The translations under genes and the position numbers were made by a program. Of a stretch of 64,000 nucleotides of DNA, positions 1 through 8,891 are shown in pieces. Source of the DNA: Pseudomonadota bacterium (GTDB taxonomy: Bacteria > Pseudomonadota > Alphaproteobacteria > Rhizobiales > JANQQB01); assembly GCA_038745065.1 (NCBI GenBank), contig JBCDLT010000022.1, positions 19,887-83,886 on the forward strand, read 5' to 3'. Under the pieces are notes generated by a model, which had not been told where the DNA came from, ran no database searches, and saw only the letters and a list, made by a program, of their open reading frames with translations. The stretch's first letter is position 1. Every line of letters starts with the position of its first letter.

Positions 1-581
1 AGTCGGTCTTGTCTTATTCCAAGCCGCAGGAGGCGCCACCGGAACGACGGCCGGTCGACCTGCACAAGCTGGTCGGCGACGTCGCCGACGTGCTCGGACT
101 GGAAACCGGCGACGGCATCAGTTTCGAAAACGCGGTGGCGGAAGACCTTTCGGCACATGTCGATCCGGACCAGATGTTCCGTGTGGTGATGAATCTGTGC
201 CGGAATTCGGTGCAGGCACTCGGCGCAGACACCGAATCCGATTGCGAAAAGCGCATCAAGGTGGCCGCCGAACGGCGCGACGGCATGCTGGAGATCCATA
301 TCTCCGATACCGGACCGGGCGTGCCGGATCGGGCCAAGGAACATTTATTCAAGGCGTTTCAGGGATCGGTGCGCCCGGGCGGGACAGGGCTCGGCCTCGC
401 GATCGCGGCCGAACTGGTGCGTGCCCACGGCGGCGCGATAGCACTGACCGACGAAACCCCCGGCGCGCATTTCCGCATCACCCTGCCGATCGGCGGCGAC
501 CGTACCAAACCACCCGCCAAGGCCGTTGCCGAAACCGGCCCCGCCACCGACGATCCGGCCCCGGCCGGGATGCACCAGTAA
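1..581 (+). CDS. Sensor histidine kinase, C-terminal fragment (HATPase_c domain); the 5' end lies upstream of the window
   Basis: The frame of ORF 9..581 is open to the window edge. The translation carries GHKL ATP-lid motifs ([26 protein letters not shown]). Confidence 0.8.
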   Translation, partial: SVLSYSKPQEAPPERRPVDLHKLVGDVADVLGLETGDGISFENAVAEDLSAHVDPDQMFRVVMNLCRNSVQALGADTESDCEKRIKVAAERRDGMLEIHISDTGPGVPDRAKEHLFKAFQGSVRPGGTGLGLAIAAELVRAHGGAIALTDETPGAHFRITLPIGGDRTKPPAKAVAETGPATDDPAPAGMHQ

Positions 582-756
582 GACGGTCGTTCGATGGATC
601 GGTTCCTTGCCCGGCAAGGTCGCGCCTTTCTTGGTGCAATCGGCGCACCGGCGCTTGATTTCCACCGGCGAAGGCAGTAGACGTGTCGCCCTGCCCGCAC
701 GGTACCGGCCTTCAGCCGTTCTCCAGAACGACGCGCCGACCCGCACACGGCACAGC

Positions 757-833
757 GCACCGGTAGCTCAGCTGGATAGAGCACCAGACTACGAATCTGG
801 GGGTCAGGGGTTCGAATCCTCTCCGGTGCGCCA
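757..833 (+). tRNA. tRNA-Arg (anticodon ACG), CCA encoded
   Basis: A 77-nt cloverleaf read by hand. Acceptor GCACCGG/CCGGTGC; D-arm GCTC-AGCTGGATA-GAGC; anticodon stem-loop CCAGA-CTACGAA-TCTGG; T-arm AGGGG-TTCGAAT-CCTCT; discriminator G plus CCA. Confidence 0.9.
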
Positions 834-1293
834 TTTTCGATCTCACGGCCGAAGGCCTCCGATGGGGCGGGCTGACCGCCCGGCGCCCGGTCGGGCTTGC
901 GAACCCGATGGGTTCGACAACATATCCATTATCCATAAACCTTTGATTTTTCGGTGTTGTCTTCGATCTGGCTGAAGCCTGTTGGAATTGCCGACCGAAC
1001 CAATCTGGGTCTGCAAACCTTCCGGTTCGATCATCGTTTTGCGGCAGATCGACACCCGTGCGTTCCGGACACATGGTTTACACTTCGTTCCGGATACGGG
1101 TGTTCCAGCGCCCGAATCCCATGGTGTTTCCGGCGTCGATATTCAGCATCCGGGCACCGGTGCGCATGCCGGCGCGATGCGTTTGACGCCGGTCAACCTG
1201 ACAACGCCTCTCGGACTTACCGTTGCAGGACGGCCGGCAGCCATCGGGATCAGCCGGCTTCTCATCTGCAGCTGGGAACCGGGACCGTCACCG

Positions 1294-2307
1294 ATGCGCA
1301 TTGCCACGTTCAATCTGGAGAATCTCGGCAGCCGGCTCGACCGTCCCGACGACTTCCAGTACCGGATGTCGATCCTGCGACCGCAGATGGAACGGTTGGA
1401 GGCCGACATTCTTTGCCTGCAGGAGGTCAATGCCACCCGTGAGAAGCCAGGCACCGATCGGCGGCTGGTGGCGCTTGACCGGCTTTTGGAGGGCACGGCC
1501 TATCAGGCCTTTCACAGGGTTTCGAGCCGGCATCCGGCAACCGGGGCGCCGGCGGAACACCACAATCTCGTGATCCTCAGCCGTTGGCCGATCGCCGCGT
1601 CAACCCAAGTCCACCACGACTTCGTCCGTCCACCGGTGCATGTCTACGCAACGGCCGACCCGCTGCGGGCCGGGGCGCCGGCAATCGCTTTTGACCGACC
1701 GATCCTCTACGGACGCATCGCGCCGCCGGGCCTGCCGGACCTGCACGCGATCAATGTGCACTTCAAGGCGCCGCTGGCGGCCTCGGTACCGGGTCAGAAG
1801 CTGGATCCGCTGTCCTGGAAATCGACCGGCGCCTGGGCTGAAGGATTCTATCTCGCCGGCCTGAAGCGGGCCGGGCAGGCATTGGAGGCACGGCTTTTTG
1901 TCGACCGGTTGCTGGATGCGGATCCCCAAGCCCACATTCTGGTCGCCGGAGATTTCAACGCCGGCGAGCGCGAAGTGCCGGCGCGTATCATTGCCGCAGA
2001 CCTGGAAGACACCGGCAACGGCCGGCTCGCCGACCGCATGCTCGTGGCGCTTTCACACGGCCTGTCCGAGTCGCGCCGGTTTACCGTCGTGCACAGGGGG
2101 CGCAAGGTGATGCTCGACCACCTGTTCGCTTCACGCCCGCTGGTGGCGCGCTTCCAGTCCATCGAGATCCATAACGAAGCGCTCGGCGACGAACTCGTCG
2201 GATATTCGACGATCGGCGACAGTCCGGAATCCTATCACGCCCCGGTCGTCGCCCAATTTCGGCCGGCAGTGCCCGCTCCCGCATCCGGTGCAGACACCGA
2301 CCGATAA
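1294..2307 (+). CDS. Endonuclease/exonuclease/phosphatase (EEP) family protein
   Basis: Internal ATG at 1294 of ORF 982..2307 gives MRIATFNLENLG. EEP motifs are present (ILCLQEV, VAGDFNA, MLDHLFAS). The upstream 104 codons look non-coding. Confidence 0.75.
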   Translation: MRIATFNLENLGSRLDRPDDFQYRMSILRPQMERLEADILCLQEVNATREKPGTDRRLVALDRLLEGTAYQAFHRVSSRHPATGAPAEHHNLVILSRWPIAASTQVHHDFVRPPVHVYATADPLRAGAPAIAFDRPILYGRIAPPGLPDLHAINVHFKAPLAASVPGQKLDPLSWKSTGAWAEGFYLAGLKRAGQALEARLFVDRLLDADPQAHILVAGDFNAGEREVPARIIAADLEDTGNGRLADRMLVALSHGLSESRRFTVVHRGRKVMLDHLFASRPLVARFQSIEIHNEALGDELVGYSTIGDSPESYHAPVVAQFRPAVPAPASGADTDR

Positions 2308-2451
2308 CCCGCTGATCTTGAAATGTTCGACTTTCGTTCCCATATGAGGCCCAACGCGACGGCATTCCTCCCGTCGTCGCGCCGTGCGAACGAAGCGCGG
2401 ACCCCCCGTGCCGGCGCTTCGTGACGCACCCCTTCGGGGCCGGATCGCGCT

Positions 2452-2465
2452 CCCCCCCCCCCCCC
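2452..2465. repeat. Homopolymeric C14 tract (G14 on the minus strand) in the EEP-otsB spacer
   Basis: Read directly: tcccccccccccccc gatct spanning lines 2401/2461. Confidence 0.85.
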
Positions 2466-2681
2466 GATCTGATCCGGCACCGCTTTCTTTGGAAACCTCG
2501 GTGTTGCCCGATTGCTGACAAGAACCACGGAATCGTCCGGTAAAACGGGCCGCGATCATCGCAAGTGCTAGCAAAGCCGATCCAGCCGTTGGCCTTTCGG
2601 TCACAGCGAAGCGTTAATGAGTTTTCCCGGGCTCCTGTGATATAGACTGGCGACGCGTCGCTCGTTCCGGTTGCCAATGCC

Positions 2682-3482
2682 GTGCGACGACGTAAACTTT
2701 CGTTCGTCCCGGTTTCCATCCACGTGTCCCATTCCGCACTGCCCCTTCCCTTCCCGGCCTCATCGCTCCTCGACCCGACGCGGGCGGCGCTGTTTCTCGA
2801 CTTCGACGGGACGCTGGTGGCAATCACCGACCGCCCGGATCTGGTCCGCGTTTCGCCGCACCTGCGCGACCTTCTGACATGGCTTCTTGAGGGTGCCGGC
2901 GGTGCGCTCGCCATCGTTACAGGCCGCGACATTGCCGACGTGGACTCCTATCTGGCGCCGTTGCGCCTGCCGATCGCGGGGATCCACGGCATGGTGCGGC
3001 GCCGGGCGGACGGCCATCTCGACGAAACGCCGTCCGACGACGCGGCAATCGCCACGATCGACGCCCGGCTGCAGCCCTTCGTATCGGGCGCGGACGGATT
3101 GCTCCTGGAGCGCAAGACCGCATCCATTGCCCTGCACTACCGCGCCCGGCCCGATCTGGAACAGGCCTCACGGGATGCCATGGAGGAAGCGCTCGGCGGC
3201 GTCGACAGCGTCACGCTCCTGCGCGGCAAAATGGTCCTGGAAGCCAAGGCCGGGACCGCGCACAAGGGACAAGCTGTCCAAGCCTACATGAACGAAGCTC
3301 CATTTGCCGGCCGGCTGCCGTTTTTTGCAGGCGACGATCGCACCGACGAAGACGCCTTCGACACGGTCAACGCGTGCGGCGGGATTTCAGTCAAAATCGG
3401 AACCGGACCCACAATGGCGCAGTATCGGATCGATCGGCAAACCGACTTCATCGACTGGCTGGACAGCCTACGCGGAGCATGA
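2682..3482 (+). CDS. otsB: Trehalose-6-phosphate phosphatase
   Basis: HAD motif I LFLDFDGTLV and motif GDDRTDEDAF. It sits in an operon with otsA. The start is uncertain: GTG 2682, or GTG near 2724. Confidence 0.85.
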   Translation: MRRRKLSFVPVSIHVSHSALPLPFPASSLLDPTRAALFLDFDGTLVAITDRPDLVRVSPHLRDLLTWLLEGAGGALAIVTGRDIADVDSYLAPLRLPIAGIHGMVRRRADGHLDETPSDDAAIATIDARLQPFVSGADGLLLERKTASIALHYRARPDLEQASRDAMEEALGGVDSVTLLRGKMVLEAKAGTAHKGQAVQAYMNEAPFAGRLPFFAGDDRTDEDAFDTVNACGGISVKIGTGPTMAQYRIDRQTDFIDWLDSLRGA

Positions 3483-3499
3483 AAGGTGAGACACCCGGC

Positions 3500-5284
3500 A
3501 TGAGCACGCTTGACCTCGGCATGGTGGGCAATTGCACCTTCGCCGCCCTGATCGACCAAAAGGCGCGGATCGTCTGGTGCTGTCTGCCGCGGTTTGACGG
3601 CGATCCCGTGTTTCATGCGCTGCTCGGATCGCCGACCGACGATCCGCGGGACGGCGCATTCGAGATCGCGCTCGACGGCCAGGTCGACAGCACCCAGAGC
3701 TACATCGAAAACACCGCCGTACTGAAAACCGAATTGCACAGCGCGAGCGGATCCATCGAAATCACCGATTGCGCGCCGCGGTTTTACTGGCGCGACCGGG
3801 TGTTCCGGCCGCAAACCTTCGTGCGCCGGGTACGGCCGATCTCCGGCCGACCGCGCATCACGATACGGTCGCGGCCGCGCTTTCGGTACGGCGCGCGTGA
3901 GGCCGACATCACCTACGGATCGAACCATGTGCGCTATGTTTGTCCCGACTTCACCCTGCGGCTGACAACCGATGCGCCGGTCGATTACCTGCTGAACGAA
4001 ACCACATTCACGCTCGACAGGCCGCTCAGTTTCATCCTCGGCCCGGATGAAACGCTGAGCGACGGGGTGGGCGAAACCGCGCGGCGCTTCGAAGAGCGCA
4101 CGATCGAATACTGGCGAACATGGTCGCATCGGCTGGCACTGCCGCTCGACTACCAGGAAGCCGTGATCCGCGCCGCGATCACGCTGAAAATGTGCACCTA
4201 TGAACAGACCGGCGCGATCATTGCCGCCGTCACCACCAGCATTCCGGAGGCGGCGAACAGCGGGCGTACCTGGGATTATCGCTATTGCTGGATCCGCGAT
4301 GCGTTTTTTGTGGTGCGGGCGCTGAATAGCCTGGCCGCCGTCAAGACGATGGAAAATTATTTCGGCTGGCTTATGAATGTCAGCGCCAACGCCACGCGCG
4401 ATCACCTGCAGCCGGTCTATGGCGTCGGCCTGGAAGACAGTCTGGCCGAGCGCACGATCGAAAGCCTGCCGGGATATCAGGGCATGGGACCGGTGCGGGT
4501 CGGCAACCAGGCGCACGAACACTTCCAGCACGACGTCTACGGCAATGTCATTCTCGGCGCCTGTCAGGCGTTTTTCGACAAACGGCTCTACAAACCGGCC
4601 GGGCCGGAAGAATTCCACCTTCTTGAAGCGCACGGCGAAAAGGCTTTTGCGCTGCACGACGCGCCGGATGCCGGCATCTGGGAATTGCGCTATCGGGCGC
4701 GCGTCCACACATCGTCGAGCCTGATGTGCTGGGCGGCCTGCGACCGGCTCGCCCATATCGCACGGCATCTCGGTTTCGACGCCCGTGCCACCCTGTGGCG
4801 GACGCGGGCCGACCAGATCCGCACGCGCATTCTCACCGAGGCCTGGTCGGAAAAACGCCAGGCTTTTGCCGAGAGTTTCGGCGGCCACGATCTCGATGCG
4901 AGCGTGCTCTTGATGTCGGAAGTCGGGCTGATCGATCCGAAGGACCCGCGCTTCATATCGACCGTGGAACAGATGGAAAAGACGCTCGCCCGCGGACCGC
5001 ACATGATGCGTTACGAAGCCGAAGACGATTTCGGCCGGCCGGAGACCGCCTTCAACATCTGCACGTTCTGGCGGCTCGATGCGTTGGCCCGGATTGGACG
5101 AACCGAGGAGGCCCGGTCTATATTCGAAGCCATGCTCGATACCCGCAACGCGCTGGGCCTGCTCTCGGAAGACACAGATCCGACGACGGGCGCGCTTTGG
5201 GGCAATTTCCCGCAGACCTATTCCATGGTCGGGCTGATCAACGGCGCCATGCGGCTGTCGCGGCCCTGGGAGAGCGTGATATGA
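3500..5284 (+). CDS. Glycoside hydrolase family 15 protein (glucoamylase/trehalase-type)
   Basis: N-terminus MSTLDLGMVGNC and the GH15 catalytic-region motif WDYRYCWIRDA. GGTGAG lies 9 nt upstream of ATG 3500. An alternative ATG at 3479 overlaps the otsB stop as ATGA. Confidence 0.85.
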   Translation: MSTLDLGMVGNCTFAALIDQKARIVWCCLPRFDGDPVFHALLGSPTDDPRDGAFEIALDGQVDSTQSYIENTAVLKTELHSASGSIEITDCAPRFYWRDRVFRPQTFVRRVRPISGRPRITIRSRPRFRYGAREADITYGSNHVRYVCPDFTLRLTTDAPVDYLLNETTFTLDRPLSFILGPDETLSDGVGETARRFEERTIEYWRTWSHRLALPLDYQEAVIRAAITLKMCTYEQTGAIIAAVTTSIPEAANSGRTWDYRYCWIRDAFFVVRALNSLAAVKTMENYFGWLMNVSANATRDHLQPVYGVGLEDSLAERTIESLPGYQGMGPVRVGNQAHEHFQHDVYGNVILGACQAFFDKRLYKPAGPEEFHLLEAHGEKAFALHDAPDAGIWELRYRARVHTSSSLMCWAACDRLAHIARHLGFDARATLWRTRADQIRTRILTEAWSEKRQAFAESFGGHDLDASVLLMSEVGLIDPKDPRFISTVEQMEKTLARGPHMMRYEAEDDFGRPETAFNICTFWRLDALARIGRTEEARSIFEAMLDTRNALGLLSEDTDPTTGALWGNFPQTYSMVGLINGAMRLSRPWESVI

Positions 5285-6666
5285 GCCGGCTTGTCGTCGT
5301 TTCCAACCGGGTTGCCGACCTGTCGAAAGCCAACCAGAGCGGCGGGCTCGCCGTCGCGCTGGCCGATGCGCTCGCCGAACGGGGCGGCCTTTGGTTCGGC
5401 TGGAGCGGCGAGGTCGTGGCGCGCGGTGTCCGGGTGCCCCCTGAAATCCGCACCGACGGATCCGTCACCACGGTGACGCTGCCGCTGACGCGCAAGGATT
5501 ACAACGATTTCTATCTCGGCTTTTCGAATTCGGTGTTGTGGCCGATCTTTCACTATCGGCTGGACCTTGCCGATTTCAACACCGCCTATGTCAAGGGCTA
5601 CAAGCGGGTAAATTCCAAGTTCGCGGATGCGCTCGCGCCGATGCTGCGCCCCGACGATCAGATCTGGGTGCACGATTATCACCTGATCCCGCTGGCGGCC
5701 GAACTGCGCCGGCGCGGCTTTCACCAGAAGATCGGGTTTTTCCTGCATATTCCGTTCCCGCCGTCCGGGATCCTGGAGGCGGCGCCTGAACATGACTGGC
5801 TGACACGGGCATTGTTTTCCTACGACCTCGTTGGTTTTCAGTCCGAAACAGACCTGGAAAACTTCGAACGCCACGTGCTCGACCGGCAGGGAAAAAAACT
5901 GACCGAAAACCGGATCACAGCCTATCGGCGCACGCTTGTCGCCGATGCGTTTCCGATCGGTATCGACGTCGACGCCTTTTACGATCTGGCGCATACGCCG
6001 GAAGCTGACGCCCAGATCGAAAACCTGAAACGACGGACCACCGCGCGCACGCATATCATCGGGGTCGACCGGCTGGATTATTCGAAAGGCCTGCCGGACC
6101 GGTTCCGCGCCTTCCAGAAATTCCTGTCGGATTCGCCGGAAAGCCACAAGGCCGTGACCCTGATGCAGATCGCGTCGCCGACCCGGGAAAATGTCGAAGC
6201 CTATGCGGATATCCGCCAGGAACTGGAATCGCTGGCCGGTGCGATCAACGGCAGTTTCGGGGATTTCGACTGGACGCCGCTGCGCTATATCCATCGCAAC
6301 GTGCCGCGCGACATCCTGGCCGCCCTGTTTCGCGGTTCTCCCGTCGGCCTCGTCACGCCGCTGCGGGACGGCATGAACCTTGTCGCCAAGGAATACATCG
6401 CCGCACAGGATCCGGACAATCCGGGCACGCTGATCCTGTCTAAGTTCGCCGGCGCCGCGGAAGAGCTCAAGGAAGCGGTGATCGTCAATCCCTATGACAT
6501 CGATCAGGTCTCGGCTGCCATGCGGATTACGCTCGACATGCCGCTTGAGGAGCGCCGCAACCGGCACGCCGCCCTGACCCGGCGGATCCGCGAACACGAC
6601 GTCCACCGCTGGAAGGCCCGGTTCCTGGATGCACTGAATTCCTGCGTCGCCGACGCGGCAGCCTGA
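5281..6666 (+). CDS. otsA: Alpha,alpha-trehalose-phosphate synthase (GT20)
   Basis: MSRLVVVSNRV, LWPIFHY, VHDYHL and LILSKFAGAAEEL motifs. ATG 5281 overlaps the GH15 stop (ATGA). The 185 upstream codons of track ORF 4726..6666 overlap GH15 and are not coding. Confidence 0.9.
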   Translation: MSRLVVVSNRVADLSKANQSGGLAVALADALAERGGLWFGWSGEVVARGVRVPPEIRTDGSVTTVTLPLTRKDYNDFYLGFSNSVLWPIFHYRLDLADFNTAYVKGYKRVNSKFADALAPMLRPDDQIWVHDYHLIPLAAELRRRGFHQKIGFFLHIPFPPSGILEAAPEHDWLTRALFSYDLVGFQSETDLENFERHVLDRQGKKLTENRITAYRRTLVADAFPIGIDVDAFYDLAHTPEADAQIENLKRRTTARTHIIGVDRLDYSKGLPDRFRAFQKFLSDSPESHKAVTLMQIASPTRENVEAYADIRQELESLAGAINGSFGDFDWTPLRYIHRNVPRDILAALFRGSPVGLVTPLRDGMNLVAKEYIAAQDPDNPGTLILSKFAGAAEELKEAVIVNPYDIDQVSAAMRITLDMPLEERRNRHAALTRRIREHDVHRWKARFLDALNSCVADAAA

Positions 6667-6671
6667 TATCC

Positions 6672-6827
6672 GTGCTGCAACTCGCCTTCTTCGCCGCCGT
6701 GATCTGCCTTCTGGCGTATGCGGCGCTTGGCTACATTTTTGGCTATCAATTGCGTTTCCGGGCGGTTCTGGTCGCCGTGTCCGTCGTCGGGCTTGTCGGC
6801 GTGGGCACGGCGGTCGGGCTGTTCTGA
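6672..6827 (+). CDS. Candidate small membrane protein (51 aa, two hydrophobic segments)
   Basis: It is below the ORF-track size cut-off. GTG lies 5 nt after the otsA stop. Translation: VLQLAFFAAVICLLAYAALGYIFGYQLRFRAVLVAVSVVGLVGVGTAVGLF. About 40 of 51 third positions are G/C by hand count. No obvious SD. Confidence 0.3.
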   Translation: MLQLAFFAAVICLLAYAALGYIFGYQLRFRAVLVAVSVVGLVGVGTAVGLF

Positions 6828-6855
6828 TCCGCGGAACAGAAAAGGCCGACCGGAT

Positions 6856-8043
6856 TTACACGGACCAGGCCGCGCGGATGCGCTCGCGAATGCCGGAAAG
6901 ACGCTCCACCGGTTCCTTGGCAAAGACGAACCGAAGATACCGCCCGGCCCGCGCAGCGTCTCCCCAACCGGTCATCGGCGTCGCAGCGATGCGACCCGTA
7001 TCGAACAGCCGACGGGAGGCGTCGGTCGGCGCCATGCCGAGGGCTTCGGTATCGATCAACATCGACCAGCCGCCATACGGGGTGAGCACCGGCAGGTCGG
7101 ACAATTCGTCCAGGATACGATCGCGCCGTGCCCGCCACGTCGCAACCGCTTCTGCGATGCCGTCCTCTTTTGTGGTCAGGGCGGCCGCCGCCCCCGCCAT
7201 CCCGATGCCGACCTGACACACCACATTGGTCAGGCCGACGAGACCGATATCGGCCATGATCGGCTTCGGACCGACCACCCAACCGACACGCCAGCCGATC
7301 ATCCGGTATTCCTTCGACACCGACCCGACCGTCACCACCCGGTCGGCAAGACCGGGAAGGCGCGCCGGGTGAATGGCAGTTTCATCGGTATATAGGATGC
7401 GTTCCATGGCCGCGTCGTGCAGCACAAAGGCGCCGGTCCGCACCGCGACATCGGCGATCGCCGCCCATTCCTCGGCGTCGTGCACGATACCCGACGGCAT
7501 GGATGGGCTCATGGTCAGCACGACCCGCGTCCTGTCTGTCTGAGATTGCATGAGCGCGTCGCAATCCAGGCGCCAACACGACGCGGTCGGCACCAACGGC
7601 ACCAGCCGGGGAATGCCGCCGGCAAGCCGTATACGGTTCAACAGGCCGGCATAGGCAGGATCGGTGATAATCACCTCATCGCCGGTTTCGATCATGGCAA
7701 GCAGGGCATTGAGGATGCCGGACAACCCACCGGCGGTGATGACGCACTGATCCTGCCAATCGTAGACTTGGCCGGCGGCCTGCGACACCCGGGCGGCGGC
7801 GGCCTGCCGGAGGTGCTGCTGACCGAGAAACGGCAGGTAGGAGTTCGATTCATCGACGTCGATTGCCGCGCGCGTCGCCGCCAGCGCCGCTACCGGGGGG
7901 CGGATATCCGTGTCGAGATTTTCCAGTCTCAACATGTCCGGATCCGCGGCCGCATTCGCCGCATTGCCCATACGATCGACGCCGATGCCCGGAATGTGCC
8001 GCAGACGGGAGACGGCCATTGACTGCTCCAATATTGGATCCAA
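6856..8043 (-). CDS. PLP-dependent aminotransferase (class I/II fold)
   Basis: Full-length similarity pattern to class I aminotransferases. PLP-lysine motif SVSKEYRMIGWRVGW. The start may instead be the ATG at 8019 (MAVSRLRH). Confidence 0.85.
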   Translation of the reverse strand: MDPILEQSMAVSRLRHIPGIGVDRMGNAANAAADPDMLRLENLDTDIRPPVAALAATRAAIDVDESNSYLPFLGQQHLRQAAAARVSQAAGQVYDWQDQCVITAGGLSGILNALLAMIETGDEVIITDPAYAGLLNRIRLAGGIPRLVPLVPTASCWRLDCDALMQSQTDRTRVVLTMSPSMPSGIVHDAEEWAAIADVAVRTGAFVLHDAAMERILYTDETAIHPARLPGLADRVVTVGSVSKEYRMIGWRVGWVVGPKPIMADIGLVGLTNVVCQVGIGMAGAAAALTTKEDGIAEAVATWRARRDRILDELSDLPVLTPYGGWSMLIDTEALGMAPTDASRRLFDTGRIAATPMTGWGDAARAGRYLRFVFAKEPVERLSGIRERIRAAWSV

Positions 8044-8130
8044 TTATATTTTTCGGATACAATTTGTTCGATTTGATGTCAATGCATGCGACCGCTATGA
8101 CGGGCACAGAGACTCACCGACCGAGGCGGC

Positions 8131-8787
8131 ATGGCACTCCGCGAACCCAAATCCGGCGACCAGGCGTTGCGTATTGCCGACGCGCTGCGTGACGACATTG
8201 TTGCGGGCCATCTCGCCGCCGGCCTGCCGCTCCGCCAGGAAACGCTTGCGGCCCGGTTCGGAACCAGCCGCATGCCCGTTCGCGAAGCCTTGCGGCTGCT
8301 CGAACAACAGGGTCTTGTCCTGCAGAAGCCGCATTACGGCGCGGTCGTGGCGCCGCTCGATGCGCTTGAACTGCGCGAGCTGGTCGACATGCGCGCAAGC
8401 GCCGAAACACTTGCGCTGCGGCTGGCCATTCCCAACCTCACAAACCGGCAGATCGATCGCGCCGAGGCACTTCAGGACGAGGCCGAAGCCGGACCGATCG
8501 AGACTTTCGGCAGGCTCAATGCCGCGTTTCATGCAACACTCTACAAGCCGAGCGGCCGCCCCAGGCTCCTCGCTCACATCGCCGAGCTCGGCGACAGCGT
8601 CGATCGCTATCTTCGGGTCGCCGCCGTGCATCTCGACTACGCGGACCGATCGCACCGCGAACATCGCGCGCTCCTGGCGGCCTGCGGAGCCCGCAATGCC
8701 GATCAGGCATCGGAGATCTTGCGCGCGCATATCGAAAATGCCGGACATGCGCTGCTGGACCACCTGTTCCCGAAAGGACAGAATTGA
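8131..8787 (+). CDS. GntR family transcriptional regulator (FadR/FCD subfamily)
   Basis: N-terminal winged HTH (ETLAARFGTSRMPVREALRLLEQQGLV) plus an all-helical FCD-like C-terminal domain. It is divergent from the aminotransferase. Confidence 0.85.
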   Translation: MALREPKSGDQALRIADALRDDIVAGHLAAGLPLRQETLAARFGTSRMPVREALRLLEQQGLVLQKPHYGAVVAPLDALELRELVDMRASAETLALRLAIPNLTNRQIDRAEALQDEAEAGPIETFGRLNAAFHATLYKPSGRPRLLAHIAELGDSVDRYLRVAAVHLDYADRSHREHRALLAACGARNADQASEILRAHIENAGHALLDHLFPKGQN

Positions 8788-8891
8788 TCCGGCAGGTGAG
8801 GGTGAACGCGCGCTGGCTTGTCGTCTGATCCAGATCATTGGAATGCCGCAACGGCCCGGCATACAGTGGCGGCCCACGCCATATCGGGAGG

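Noticed and set aside
2131-2932. Minus-strand ORFs crossing the EEP-otsB spacer (2081..2932, 2131..2604, 2235..2528)
   Set aside because: They read through the G14 tract as poly-Gly and are Arg/Gly-rich with no motifs, so they are spurious.
3284-6606. Long minus-strand ORFs 3284..5002 (572 aa) and 5218..6606 (462 aa)
   Set aside because: They are exact antisense shadows of the GH15 and otsA genes. Their translations are Arg/Gly/Pro/Ala-rich with no motifs, whereas the plus-strand products carry clear family signatures. This is typical of high-GC DNA.
8044-8130. GntR operator in the AT-rich divergent spacer (for example TTGATGTCAA and ACAATTTGT)
   Set aside because: I found only short imperfect palindromes that do not match the FadR-type TNGT-N-ACNA consensus convincingly. 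That is not enough to call a site.
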